Positions 22,901 to 48,600 of a stretch of 60,338 bases of DNA are shown in pieces; the first letter of the stretch is position 1, and every line of letters begins with the position of its first letter. A program made the translations under genes and the position numbers. The notes below the pieces were generated by a model. It was not told where the DNA came from and did no database searches. It worked only from the letters and a program-made list of their open reading frames with translations. The stretch is from Klebsormidium nitens (lineage: Eukaryota > Plantae > Klebsormidiophyceae): the NCBI GenBank assembly GCA_000708835.1, contig DF237150.1, positions 1 to 60,338 of the forward strand, read 5' to 3'.

Positions 22901-25200
22901 GTATGTAAACAAAGTACCGTTTGCCAGAAAGATGGGGAGCTTTAGGGATGTCGAGCGAGCGGAGGCTTCAACCCGAGACCAGAATGTACCAAATCGAGGC
23001 CACAGAATGATTAGAATAAGCAGGTCGTAATGTATTGTGCAGACGACTAATCCGCGACTGTTCCTTGACCCTCAAACGAAGAAGAAAACGACAAACTGTT
23101 CAACCCAGCCCAAGGCACTCAGCTGCAGATCGCTGCCATTGACCAGTCAGAATGAACGCGAAGTAGCAATAGAATTGATTGACGAAGATGAGCACCTGTC
23201 ATGCTCACTTTGAGCTCGAGAACTAGGAAATGGCTTTCTATTCCAGAGCCAGAAGTTGGAAGGATTGGCAAGGCGCGGGGAAGCCTACTAGTCGAAGGCT
23301 ACCGCTGCCAAAGGTCTTCAAGAGCTTTGGATCGCTACAATCAAACATCAAAAGAAGGTACCTACAGCTCTGAAAAGCTTGCTAAATACTATGCAAAAGT
23401 AAAATCAACCGGTGCCAACTGATCAGGGCCGCAGAACCATCGCGGGACTCGGATAAGATCTGAAACGTACAAGCACAACGTTAATAAACCCCTGCCAGCC
23501 CTTACCCGTTGTGATGTTTGCATGTTTCAAGAAACCGGCCTTCAAGTCGGGCGAAATCTTGTGCTAACTCATAATCGAACGAGCAATTGAACAATCGAAG
23601 GAATTGCATGCCCTCAAGCAGAGTATCGTGATGGCACTGGATCGAAGCGGGATGAAACGTCAGGGCCCCGCAGGAATCCAACCTCGCTGGGTAGCCTGGT
23701 TCGCCCTGATCAGGTCTTATGTATGACAAGCCCGACAAGACATCCTTCCTCATTATATTGCACGATACCACGTGTATAAAGGGCTCTGCTTGCTCCACCC
23801 TAGGAAAACCCTCTTTGGCAAGGCGCCAGAGTCTGCGGTGTCATTGCCTCATGATCAGCTCTTGCAAAGATATACTTCTGAGCGACCAGAGGCGGCAGAT
23901 TATAAAGCGGGCCTGCGAAACTGACGGCTTACTCGGTCTTAACTTCGATGATGGACTAAGATGTATACGTGGCTCAACCGCGACCGCATGTTCCTTAAGC
24001 TCGTCCGCAGACTGAAGGCGATGGAAGTCTAATTTGTTTGCGCAACCAGTAAGGCAGATGTTTCAATTCGAGCGCCGCTTTGCTTATACAGATCGTTGAA
24101 AGACCTGGGCCTGTCTTTTCCAACGAGAGCTGCCGTGCAACGCACTTTAAAGCAAGCGTTGGCGCTTTTTGTGTGCTTCAACCTTTGGTCAAATTCTGAC
24201 GCGATTGAATCGGCAAATGCACGTATCACATTGACTTTCAAGATGAACAAGAACCACTAAATATAGCTTACAAATTCTTCACCAGTTTCTCAGACCAGAA
24301 TAGAAACGTTGACATTCATATCATCGATAGTTGGTTCGAGTTTCGTCAAAACGCGATTGAAAGCAAGTGAAAATATTATTCGATTACTGGAAACGGCAAC
24401 ACAATGGAGGACTCTCAACAGGCTTCGCCGCGATCATTATCCACGGAAAACACGACATGGAACGCATGATTAAGTTTCTCGCACCATGTCCGATCAATTG
24501 AGGCTATGACCGAGCCTCAGCTCCTCAAGAACACGCATCGCACACTGACAAGCTGACCAGAGAACAATCTCATAACTTTATCATCCACGGGCGATCTGAC
24601 CACGACGAAGTCGTAGGCCTTGGCCTCGGATTGAAAAAGACCGCGTGGGATGGCGTCGTCGTTACGCACCACTGCTGGCAATGATCGAAACCAGAGACAC
24701 ACGACCAAAGTCCAGAGAAGGCGGACTTCAAACGATGGTCGAGGCAGCAGCTCACAGAAACACGTAAATGAAAGTAGCCCTCCGCGCTCATCACGAGAGT
24801 CGATTGGATGAAGTTGAGCTAGGGTTAATGCAAGATATGGAAGATTGTCCGATCGTGAGCACTGCTCAACTCGACAGTCAGAAAACCAAGGCGGTAGCAC
24901 AGAAGTCAAACGGCAACCGCAAGGATCCAATCAAATACGACCCATCTTCCAACAGCAATCGCTCCTTCAGGCCTGCATGCAGCTTAAATCACCACGCCGA
25001 GTCGGCACCAACAGTAAATCCCAGATTGAGCAAACGCCCAAACATTGTTGAGTCCAAACTTCAGGGCCACCCGCAATACGAAGTCGAATGCCGTTCCAAA
25101 ATACTGGGCAACTATATTGCCCTGTCACACCAGAGAGCAGAAATATCGCAATGATTCCGGCTTCTGCGGCTATACGACTTTTCCGACAGATTGATTTCAC
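19950..25200 (-). pseudogene. Heavily decayed coding-like tract, family not recognised
   Basis: Protein-like minus-strand stretches broken by stops, e.g. DAIPRGLFQSEAKAYDFVVVRSPVDDKVMRLFSG (24.6 kb), RVEQAEPFIHVVSCNIMRKDVLSGLSYIRPDQGEPGYPARLD (23.7 kb), LFYIPNLLKSTDLNFKAYFLSLYTKVKLPPEVDTILPV (22.4 kb) and the 20041-20469 ORF. Confidence 0.35.
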
Positions 25201-25359
25201 CTGGTGAAGTACCAATAGCAAGTGACGAGCCAACCTGGTGAACAATAGATTGAAGGCGCACCCCTAAAGAAGAAGCAATCGATTCAGCAGTGATATGACT
25301 GGCCTGTGTCACTCCAAGCAAAGAGTACGTCACGGAGTTATCGAACGTCGGAGCCCTTG

Positions 25360-38051
<12,692 letters not shown>

Positions 38052-38864
38052 CTCTAGGAGCTGCACTTACGGCGCACGAGGTTGCCTTTACAAGGTGATC
38101 AGTCAGGGACTTTCTAGCCCAACACAGGTAGCCAGACCTGGAACAACTTGCAACCCGTGCTCAGAACCCCCAAGCTGCCTCTTGGGGCTAAGGGGGGCCT
38201 CTGCCGTCTCTGCCCCTCTTTCTCAGACATGCCATGGCGCAGGCAGCGCCGAGCTGCATTGAATTGCATTGAATTGCATGGGGCCCAGCCGACTGGCCTA
38301 CTCGAAAGAGTTTGTGCATGGAGGCACATGGAGGGCCAGGCCAAGATTCGGAATCTTGACACCAGCGAAGCCAGTTCGATCTTCGGCGTTCGCCAATCAT
38401 AGACTGGTGTTAAGAGCTCTGCAGCAGGGAATCGCTGCATTCGCTGCATGATATGTACATATGTACGTAGCTTTCAAGTTTCAGGAGATGGTTCACCTTG
38501 TTCAGTGTTCACCTTGAAGGGCGAGAGACGAGGTGCAGGAAGTGAGGGGCGGCTTCCTGTAGATACGGTTTCCTGTTCATATCATTGCACGCCAGAAAAC
38601 CTCGAAGCAAGCAGTAGCTGCGGCTTGCAGTGCGATTGTGATTTGATCTGCTTCCACCATTCTTTAGCCAGTTGTGGGCCAATGAGCATTGTTCTGTTGA
38701 TGGGCTTTGGATCCCGTAGTGAGTGCTGCCACATTTGATTGGTGCTGCTGAGTAATCCTATGTGCAAGGCAGCGGACAGAGGAGCAGTGAAATTCTGCGG
38801 GCAAAGTGCAGCTCCGCTTGGGCTGTGACTTGTCTCAACAAGAAATTCAGAAAAGCTCTTCACA
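38052..38864. promoter_or_regulatory. Putative bidirectional promoter/5'UTR region between NVL2 and the divergent gene
   Basis: Divergent ATGs at 38051 (-) and 38865 (+). Site-II-like GGCCCA at 38282, TGGGCC at 38675 and TGGGCT at 38701; (TGCATTGAAT)x2.5 at 38255-38280. Confidence 0.5.
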
Positions 38865-40022
38865 ATGGCTGGCTTTTTTAAGCGATTCAAGGATTTCTTC
38901 AGCAAGCCGGCTCAAGAAGATGAAAGGGAAGATGCAGAGGAAGATTCCAGTGGCCCTTCCATTGGATTTGGCGGAGGTGTCAGGCAAGGATTTAGCGTGA
39001 AGAGGGCAGTTCCTGCAAAAGGAGGGCAGCAGCCCGTGGTGCAGGGGGTGTTGACAGATGGGGGGATTCAGGTAAGCAGATTATGCTGGCAAACCCTAAA
39101 TCAGAAGAATCGAAGGTTTTCACTGATGAGAGCATATGATGTGGAGGTGCATAAGGACTGAGAAAGCAGGAAACGATACACACTTGGACAAATGATCGAG
39201 GGAAACCCATCTTGGCGGGTTTGAGTGCCCAGGTACTTTTTAAGGGACACAATTGTAGAGAGAAGTCGGTTTTATACAAAGTACTTTTTCATCTTCGGCA
39301 GTCATGCCGGAATTTCCTAAATGTTGTTCAGACTTTCCAGAAAGTCACCAATATACTCAAATTGACGTGAGAGGTTTGACAAACATTTGAGTTGTTCTTG
39401 TCGCAGTGCTACAATCCAACATGTCTGTTGGTCTTGTTTGTCGCCCTTGCTTGCCAAGAAAATGCTGCAATCAATTGTAGAAGATGATTTGTTAGCAATG
39501 GTCTGTCTAGCAGATCAGCTGCACTTGCACCACGGAAGCTCGTGAACTAACTTTTCCTACATGGGTGTGGAGTACCTGACTTGTATTGCCCCCTGATTGT
39601 TTCCATTGCTTTTGAGCGGTTTCTTTCTGTTCTCATGTACATCCATAATTGGTCCAAGTTTTCCAGGAGTATAGAGAAAGGAGAAGACACAACATTGGAG
39701 GAGGTGCACGTTTCATTGAGTTACTTACTAAGCCTCACGAATCTGCTCAAGTTGATTGTTCAATCTCAACCAGAGAAACATTTTGCAGGGACTGAATTGG
39801 TATGCGCAACTTTTACGGCAAGATGAAGATGGAGATATTGCACACGAATTCTTACGAGAGACGGCGCCAAGGGTTAGTCGGAGGGGAAATCTTATCATAC
39901 CTTCACTGGAAATTGTACAAAAACTGTCACCAGTGACAGGTAGATGGAAGATTGACATCAAAGATGGTAATATCTTTGAGATCCTAGAATCAGCGTGGCC
40001 ACGAGATCGGAGGAGGAGTTGA
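38865..40022 (+). CDS. Uncharacterised small protein (146 aa), 2 exons; resembles a plant family with the motif GGxQGLxWYAxxLRxDEDGDxAxEFL
   Basis: Exon 1 38865-39071 (MAGFFKRFKDFFSKPAQEDE...LTDGGIQ|GTAAG); exon 2 TTTTGCAG|39789-40022 (GLNWYAQLLRQDEDGDIAHEFLRE...DRRRS*); phase 0. The family resemblance is from memory, not from a search. Confidence 0.8.
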
Positions 40023-41525
40023 CAAGTCTATCATGGCCAAGCATCGCAGCTTTCTGAGGAGAGCAAAGCGATATCAAGAGTTTCACCCCGCCGAGAAGTG
40101 CGTGTCAAAAGGCGAGCATACGTACGTTGAGGTTTATATCTTGTGTATACGGCTAGTTGACCATGCCCTGAAGAAGTACCTTCTATGATATGTCGAGGTG
40201 GTAGCGGCCTGAGCTTCATCATGGCGGCCAACAATTACATGCTTTGGACGCCTTCGGTCCATCATCCGAACAACTTGAACAATTCCGGTGACAGTAGTTA
40301 CAATCCCGTTAGCCGTCTCAGTCTCTGCTCATTGATATGACAGACGTTATCCAAATCAGCATGACTAGTGCGAACTTCCTTTCCGAATGTGAATCATTTA
40401 GGCCAACATCTGATCTCATGCGCGTTCGCGCACATGTGTAGGGAAATCAATCACTCGTCTGTAAATAGCTTTGCCTGTCATAGAATGCAACGGACCGCTC
40501 GAAGCTAGCAAAATTGTCCTGCATGCTGTCGTCAGTTATATGCATTCAGCAATGCTAGGCACTTGCATGTACCCCGTTCAGGCTTATTTAGTTTCACAGA
40601 GAATCCACCACCGTCAACGTTGCTGAATTCCTAATTCGGAGAAGCAACTATGCTGGAAACTGGCAATTATGCGGGGATACTGGCGAATGTTCTCCAGCGA
40701 CTTCTCAGGATAGCGCGAAACTGGACATGGCATACGCGTCGAGCCAAGCACCCCGTTTGTTAATAAGGTTTCAAATCGAAGCTAACCAGCAAGCATCCAG
40801 CAAATGATTTCGGCAACAGGAATGCGCGATTATTTCGACAAGGGAGCTTTTGGCAACAGCCACAAAAACTGTCTGATTCATATGTTTCAGGCTATTCCTT
40901 TGAGTTTGCTAGTTTGCTAACCATCGGAGCCCAGTTTCGGGCAAGAGATGTCAGACGTTCGGTTGCCACTTTGACATTTAATTGATTTCAGTGGGATCTG
41001 TGGCCTTCGCCGCTGTTAGAGGGTAAGCAAACGGGACAATTCCTTCACCTTATCCCCCAAGATTCTAAGCCCCATTACAACACTCCTCTCGTCCGTCTGA
41101 TTGTCACCATTGTACGTCTTGAGGAGGCACGGGATGCACAGTGGAGACGGAACGTTGTCCTTATTCTTGGATCGAGCCGAGGAGCTTCTTTCTTGGGGAA
41201 GCTCCGATTCTTGCGGCTCCTCCTGCCAGAAGTCAGTTTTGAAGGTTCGCTTCGTTTCGCTTTGGCTAAATCCGAAATAAAGGTATCATAAGATCGATCT
41301 GCTATAGACGTCCCGCATCCCAACCTTGCCGGTGATTCAGGTGAAAGTCCATTCCGTTTAAATTAAGGGCACGTTAAGGGCACGTTAAGAAGAGGGTATC
41401 AATGGCCAAAACTCAACTGAGATACTGGAAGATCCCCTGAAAAGATACAGGGACTGCTTCTTCTCAGGTTGTGAACGGGCAGCCATCTCTAACAAAGCAT
41501 GCAAGGTGGACGTACTAAAAGGTTA

Positions 41526-44286
41526 CTACAAGAAAGCGGTTGCACTTGCTTCGAGACTGTTGTTCTGCAGAAGTATCCAACAGCGTCTTTCAAGAGGCGC
41601 ATTCTTTTCCAACGTTACTGACATGAGCTTGCAAATCAGGACCCACTAACCATCACATGACCGCTCTCGATGATATTCTCTGAAGCACTTTTGACGATCA
41701 GAGTGCATGAGCCAGCTGATCTTACATCTAGGCAGCTGGTGCAGATCGCCTGAAAGTCCTTGCTTCGAAACTCGTCCAGCGTCATCTCTTCGTACTTGCA
41801 GGGGCAGAGAGTGTTGAAGAATCGGCAGCGGTCACAGACTGGCTTTTCGCAGTAGACGCATGGCTCATGCCGCGACGCATCGCATTGGGGGCATACTTGA
41901 GCCCCACACTCTCCGCACGTAAGAGGCCTGTAGGGAACAAGGGGAGGGTGATCTAAGTTGGTGGAAAACACAGGTCGAAACTCCAGCTTATCTCCTCTGA
42001 GCCGGCTGCTGGACCAGACGAAGAGCAACTCTGCTTTCAAAGGTTGACTCCAAGTATGCCACCGCAGCCAAGGCTTGAGTAAGAATGTACAAATCGTAAT
42101 TTCCAATCAAGCACGGACCACTTCTCTCCGCGTCGGTGACTTGAATTCTTGACCGGTGACGGTCGAACCAGACGTTATCAGATGAAAGGGAAACAGAAAT
42201 CTTTGCTGTGAAACGAAGAATTGATTAGGAGGAGGTCCAAAGGTAACCCTTTCTTTACCAATCAAGCATTGTCAGCAAATTTGAGAGACACTCGACTCGT
42301 CGCAATTGCAACAAATTGTGAGGCCGGTCTCTCATCTCAAATACGACAGAGAGCGTTCCTTTGGTCGTCGGACTCATGCCTTTGAGAACGCTGCGCAGGC
42401 TTGGAGCCTGGGCATAGTCCCATGCTGACCAGTTTCGTGCCCGGTTCACGTCCCCACTTCGCCAATTGAGAGCATTCATTGGAATCAGTAGTAGAAAGGA
42501 CACATACTGCCAAGAGTCGGTTCCTCAGAGCTTATATTGAACTAGAGACGTAAAGCACAGCTGTTGGGCTGGGGGTACTTACAGTTTGTTGCTGCAGTCT
42601 TGGCACAGCCCATGGAAGCAAGGAGGACCTTGCCCATCAAAATGCTCTTCGCAGCCTACCCCCTGGCAGGCGCCACACAGCTTCTGCATAAATGAGATAA
42701 AACTTCTAATTGTTGGGGGACTCCATGTTGGGGACAGGTTAGAAACCCGATGATTAGGGCCCACAGAAAGAAGGTGAAGTGCCACACAACCACCCGACTT
42801 ATGGTTCTTGCGCATCTGGCATGGCATACGTTGTCCTACTAAACATTCAAAGACCATTTCCCCAGGGCCAGGAAAGAATTAATCATTAGTAACTTGTGGA
42901 GTACATTAAGAATAAAGAAAGAACACTGGTTTGGGTTTTGATGCCCATAAGTTAGCAGAGAGGATTGGCTTTTCCTTCTACGGAAATGCCTAGTTTGGAT
43001 TTCGTTCGTGTCGCTCCATACTTGATGATGATTAGGAAGATCAGCTGCAAAGCTTAACATGCGCTCCAACGGCCAGAATTTATTAGGGCATATACCTAAT
43101 CTGACTCTTATCAGCTTGATTGGAACGGAGCTGAAATTCTGTGAAGCTCACATAGCATGCCCCAAATAAGTCAAAGCCATCCACGTTGTTTACTCACCGT
43201 CTTCCACCAACAAACCCCTTCGGGCCCGAGCACCTCTTGGCAAAAACTGCACTCATGCGTCTCCTCCACCATATGGCACGAAGGGCAGATGCTTGCATCG
43301 TCGAGGTCATCTTGGAGGGGCGTGTTCTCAAAGCACTCTTTGAACAGATCCAGAGGACACTCCAGCCATTCGACACCATTTAGGTGCAGAACATAGTGGG
43401 GCAAAACACCTGTAGCAGGGTCAGAGTGCCTGTCAGTAGGGGGAAACGCAAAGCAAGGAGCGGCGTGGTTGTTCGATTGAATTCCACTCAGATGTCTTCT
43501 TCTGGCTAAATCTTGGTCCAGCGCTCCTGATTTTGCCAGATTGCAGTGCAATCGACAAGGAAGAGAGTCGGTAAGTGTGGGTGAAGGAAGAGGTTCCATT
43601 GCTGAGAGTGCGGGTGAAGGAACTGGGCACCGCAGTGGTTCCTGGACTTCCTCACAAACAAAGACTCAAGTCACATGGTGGCTGCGGACTGTAGAGGGCG
43701 CTGATCAGATGCTGAATACAAGGCCGCACTTGTTGAAGTCGGTGACACCCAGCTAATTACAACATGTTGACTACAAAGTGAAAGCAAAGCAAACTGAGGC
43801 ACGATTAGACATGGTTTGCTGGAGACAATTGGTCAAGAGCTTACCACCACAAGTCGCGCCTGCTTTCTTCGTCCGAAGTAGCTTGAGCATGTGTTGGGCC
43901 AGTGGAATGACACTTCTCCATGTGAAAGGCCCACACTCGCTGATATTCACAAATTCTGGAACGTCCTTCAAACTTGACACAATATTGTGAACAGAGTGAT
44001 CAGTCAAAAGCCGGCAACATGAGATGTCAATGCTGACCAGGCCCTGACCGTTCAGGTTGTCCAGAACAGTTGCTAATTTCTCATCCGTGATCTTTGTCTT
44101 CAGGCCCTGAGGAATGCAGATTTCTGTCCACAGACTGGGGTCTGTTGTCGCAGCTTCCTTCCATTCGCGTGAAACACAGCAGACTGTCAAAAGTGTGCGC
44201 AGGTCTTTTGCAAAGTAGGGCAACAAACAGGACAGTGCTGGGCTTGGGAACTCAAAATCTGCTTTCAGTTGTTTGTTGACTTCCAT
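41526..44286 (-). CDS. F-box/LRR-like protein with Cys-rich C-terminus (SKIP14/SKIP28-like)
   Basis: Exons: 44286-43845, 43409-43198, 42683-42583, 41927-41726, and a tentative last exon 41564-41526; phases are compatible. F-box PSPALSCLLPYFAKDLRTLLTVCCVSREWKEAATTDPSLWTEI, then LRR-like LVSIDISCCRLLTDHSV, then multiple CxxC pairs (CPSC, CSFC, CGAC, CQDC, CGEC, CPQC, CVYC, CDRC, CTSC). Confidence 0.75.
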
Positions 44287-44867
44287 TTTGTATTGCACAA
44301 GAACACTTCGCGCACAGCTCCCCGGCAACTTTTAGATACACAGCAGCCTTTGGCCTGGGGCTTTGCGCACTTTCTCTTGCAATAGCCTTCTTATGGCTGC
44401 AGCAACTTGGTCACGCACTCGCATAGCTGCTTGGGACGTTTTTATGAAGCGGCCACACGGCAAAACCCAATGGCAAAGGCAAACGTGGGCGTCCTTCTCC
44501 GCTGATTTGACTCTTGAGGGGAGTACCTAGGTATTAGACATCCAAAACGCAGGCCACCAATCAGCGAGCAATCAGCCAGTACTGACCTGCTCACCTGCTC
44601 CTTCGCTAGCACAGACACCACTGGCTGCAGGACCCACCTGCTCACTCCGAGTCCGAGTACGAGTCAGGCTTTTGTCATTGATCTTTTTGAGAAACTGGCG
44701 CGAATGCAAAGTAATCATTGCCGTCCGATGTGATCTGTTGTCTTCGATCTTGACCAGTGCCAGTTGGCAGACGTAAAATCGTCGGATACCATATCCATTC
44801 GACGGCCAAAAGCTAATCGAATATCCTCACTCCAATACTAGCCTGACGATCGCGTCAACATTCTAGT

Positions 44868-45081
44868 TTGAAAGCTGTGCATATCATCGTTCAGGCTTGC
44901 ACGGGTGGCCAAGCACACCCGAGTGAGACAGGGCCGGGGGCGGCAGCTTGGCTGTCTGCGGCTCCTTTGTTTCAGGCACTGACGATTGAGGACGAGTGCT
45001 TCCGGACGGCTTTGCGGATTTGGCTTGGTTTGCCGCATCCGATGGTGGCGGGCATTGCGTTGTGCGAGTGCGGGCAGTCAC
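44868..45081 (+). mobile_element. Fragment of an RLE-type (CRE/NeSL/R2-like) non-LTR retrotransposon, running into the gap
   Basis: GAAAWLSAAPLFQALTIEDECFRTALRIWLGLPHP...LCECG matches the linker (GxWLxAxP...L...FRxALRLRLGLP) leading into the zinc knuckle that precedes the restriction-like endonuclease in these elements. Confidence 0.75.
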
Positions 45082-45588
45082 NNNNNNNNNNNNNNNNNNN
45101 NNNNNNNNNNNNNNNNNNNNNNNNNNNNNNNNNNNNNNNNNNNNNNNNNNNNNNNNNNNNNNNNNNNNNNNNNNNNNNNNNNNNNNNNNNNNNNNNNNNN
45201 NNNNNNNNNNNNNNNNNNNNNNNNNNNNNNNNNNNNNNNNNNNNNNNNNNNNNNNNNNNNNNNNNNNNNNNNNNNNNNNNNNNNNNNNNNNNNNNNNNNN
45301 NNNNNNNNNNNNNNNNNNNNNNNNNNNNNNNNNNNNNNNNNNNNNNNNNNNNNNNNNNNNNNNNNNNNNNNNNNNNNNNNNNNNNNNNNNNNNNNNNNNN
45401 NNNNNNNNNNNNNNNNNNNNNNNNNNNNNNNNNNNNNNNNNNNNNNNNNNNNNNNNNNNNNNNNNNNNNNNNNNNNNNNNNNNNNNNNNNNNNNNNNNNN
45501 NNNNNNNNNNNNNNNNNNNNNNNNNNNNNNNNNNNNNNNNNNNNNNNNNNNNNNNNNNNNNNNNNNNNNNNNNNNNNNNNNNNNNNNN
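45082..45588. other. Assembly gap (507 N)
   Basis: Run of N characters. Confidence 1.
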
Positions 45589-45658
45589 CACGCTTCTTCC
45601 TGTATCAGACTTAGAGGCGCCCCCTGCTGGTCCTTCAAGGATTGCTGGACATCCTCGG

Positions 45659-48600
45659 ATGGGCTGTGCCGCTGTCGCGAGCTCTGCCATCACCCTGCGC
45701 CACCTCACAATTGCCTTGGCAACTTCGCGAATTGCTCACGATTCGACTCGGAAGGCGTTGTGCAAGGGGTTCGCCAGCCAAGGAGCTTTCTTTGGAGCTC
45801 CGCTACCCAGTCCTATCCGTGCAGCTCCGTCCTTCTTCCTCCAGAAGCGGGAAGCTTCTCAGCAAGCAAGCATGGCCGTTACAAAGATTAAGGTGGAGAA
45901 CCCGGTGGTGGAAATGGACGGGTGAGACTGGTGGCGTTCGTTGCCAATTGCTAACTGTTTCTGTTTGGACAGCCAGTATGGTTGTCAATTGGAAGATTGC
46001 AATTGTGGTATTATCATATCCTGGCATCCAGAGGAATATTTCCTGTACACTTATCGCATCGGACTATGTACTGTTAGATTCATTAGGATGGCATTGAAGA
46101 ACATTGCTTTGCAGTCTGCATTGCCACCTTTGGTTGAGCATTAGTGCATGTTGCCACCAGGTCAATATACAAGAAGCAAGTCGGCAATGATGGCCATGGG
46201 AATCTGGTGGCGTTTCTGCATGTGCTATCAAAAGAAGAGCACCGATCTGCTCTTAGCTTGGGAACTGCTATAAGGGCGTTAAATGGGGTTGCTGTTAGAG
46301 CTGTACCTGCCTTGCAGTTCAGCAATCAGGACAGCAATCAGGTCACACTGGGGATCACCTCATGGACGCTCCTTTGGCACAGATCAATGAGAATAGTTTG
46401 GGTCTCCCAACAATCTGCGTCAATTGACCACTGGATTCCTCCAATAATTCTGTACTCAAAACTGTGATGTGGATGGTGTTTCCAACCTTCTGACTCAGGT
46501 TGAGTGGCCTTTCTGAGAAGTGTGCAAGTTCAAAATTCCTACTTGAAAGCGCGTACTGTTTTTTGAAAGTTGGAACAGAAAGGCAAGTTTGTTTATATGC
46601 GCACTCGATTGTGCAGGGATGAGATGACAAGAATCATCTGGCAGATGATCAAGGACAAGGTAAGTGCTCACAGTCAAGTTGCAGAGTTGTTGGTATCAAA
46701 GTATTGTCTGCTGCGCATCCACCTCCATGTCCTTTGTCACTGATTGATTCTGGCTGCTAGTGCGCCTTGTGTCAGAATCGTCAGCATTGTTGGAGCTTCA
46801 GACCGTTGAATGTTCTCGTTTTATCGCGCACTTTGCTTTGTCCAGGTTTTGCCTTAGTCCTTGCTTGCATGCCAAAGTTGCAGGCCAACGGGGATTGCAA
46901 TCAGGTGCTGCCTAACATCTTCAAAGCGAGCCAACAAATCCGACTGTACGCTGTTATGCTGTGTCGTAGCCCTGCGAGCAGCACCACTTGCACCCAAGTT
47001 TACGATTCTATATTGAAAGTATGCCGCAGGCTTAGTGAAATGTGATGTTATTGCTGCAGCTCATCTTCCCTTTCCTGGACCTGGACATCAAGTACTTTGA
47101 CTTGGGAGTTGAGCACCGTGATGCGACGGACGACAAAGTAACCCATGATGCGGCTGAGGCCACCCAGAAGTGAGTGTTACTGTGTTATCAGGAGATTGAG
47201 AGAGTTGCACATCGTTTGAGGTTGCTTTAAGATGCGGTCGAATTGTGCTGCTCTCCAGGTCTGTTGGGTTACATCGATGTCAGAACACAGAAGCTAGTCG
47301 ACTTCACAATGCTTTGTATCAAATATAAGTTGGATTCCTTCACTCATGAGGAGCTTGAGCAAGCACCACAAGTTACTTCTAAAATCCGCTGTGGCTTTTG
47401 AATCTCTCCTCGCATCCTGCTTTCACATGCATTTGCGTGCTGCTTGAAAACAATGATTAGCGTCCACTGCTTTGCAGTTTTCAGCATGCACTCTCGTCAA
47501 CTGTCATCAACCTTCTCACAGGCAGTCAATCACAAATCTACATGGTAGCAAGCCCGATTGATTTGTCAGGCTTGGAAGAAATCATGCTAGGGCCTTTGGT
47601 AGAGATTTGAAAAGCTTCAAAGCACTACTCTGGCCGTCAAATCCATAACGGATTTGCCAGATCTTTGACTAGCCTCTGTCGCCAATATGGGTTAAGTGGA
47701 GAGCCTCCGTGTTCTTTCAGGTACAATGTGGCGATCAAGTGCGCCACCATCACCCCCGACGAGGGCCGCGTTAAGGAGTTCAAGCTGAAGCAGATGTGGA
47801 GGAGCCCCAACGGAACCATCAGGAACATCCTGAACGGAACGGGTAGGTTCCAGAGATTCGAACAAACTCTGTCGCAGCCTGGTCAAAAGTTACCTGGTCA
47901 TGTTTTATCACATCGTCCTTGGTCGGTGGCAGCCAAGGTCAGCCAAGATTGGGCCTCGTCCTCTTTGAAGCTTATGCTTTGGAATGGCTCGCCGGTTGTG
48001 AGGTGTTGCCAAGCAGTTAACTCGAGTTTCCTACCGCTTCTAATGTATATTGCTCGCTGTTTGTCTTTGAAGATAAGGAAACTTCGTCTGCTTACTAGTG
48101 CTGAAGTCTGATATCCAGGGTCACCATTTGTGTGTGCAGTCTTCCGTGAGCCCATCATCTGTAAGAACGTGCCACGGCTCATCCCTGGTGAGTGCAGTCC
48201 TTAGAGCTTGCAATACTCCGGTGCTCGATTTGCTTGGAACAATACTGTCGAGGGTCCAGCCTAAACGAAAGCCCTCATGGCTTTGGAAGCAAAGAGACTT
48301 GCAGTTGGATGTTTTGTCTGCGACCTGGGGACTAATTCTTGGTGCTTGGACTAGGTCGGTCAACGGGAATAACAGCCCAAATGCACAAAACAATCTACGC
48401 CTTTTCGCAGCACGTTGTCCGAAAGACTCCGATTGAAGTAATGCAACGGCTCACGGGCCATGTCTTAAATCTTGAAAGAAGTTCCTTCATTTCCCCTTGT
48501 TGTGATGATGAGGTGGCACTTTGTGCTGCAGGGTGGAAGACGCCCATCTGCATTGGCAGGCACGCGTTTGGTGACCAGTACCGCGCCACCGACTACGTCG

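Noticed and set aside
41075-41323. MGCGTS acylation-type N-terminus in the ORF track
   Set aside because: The 'M' is a TTG codon and there is no in-frame ATG, so the myristoylation motif is an artefact.
44884-45925. Long ORFs (248-309 aa) crossing 45082-45588
   Set aside because: They are artefacts of translating the N gap.
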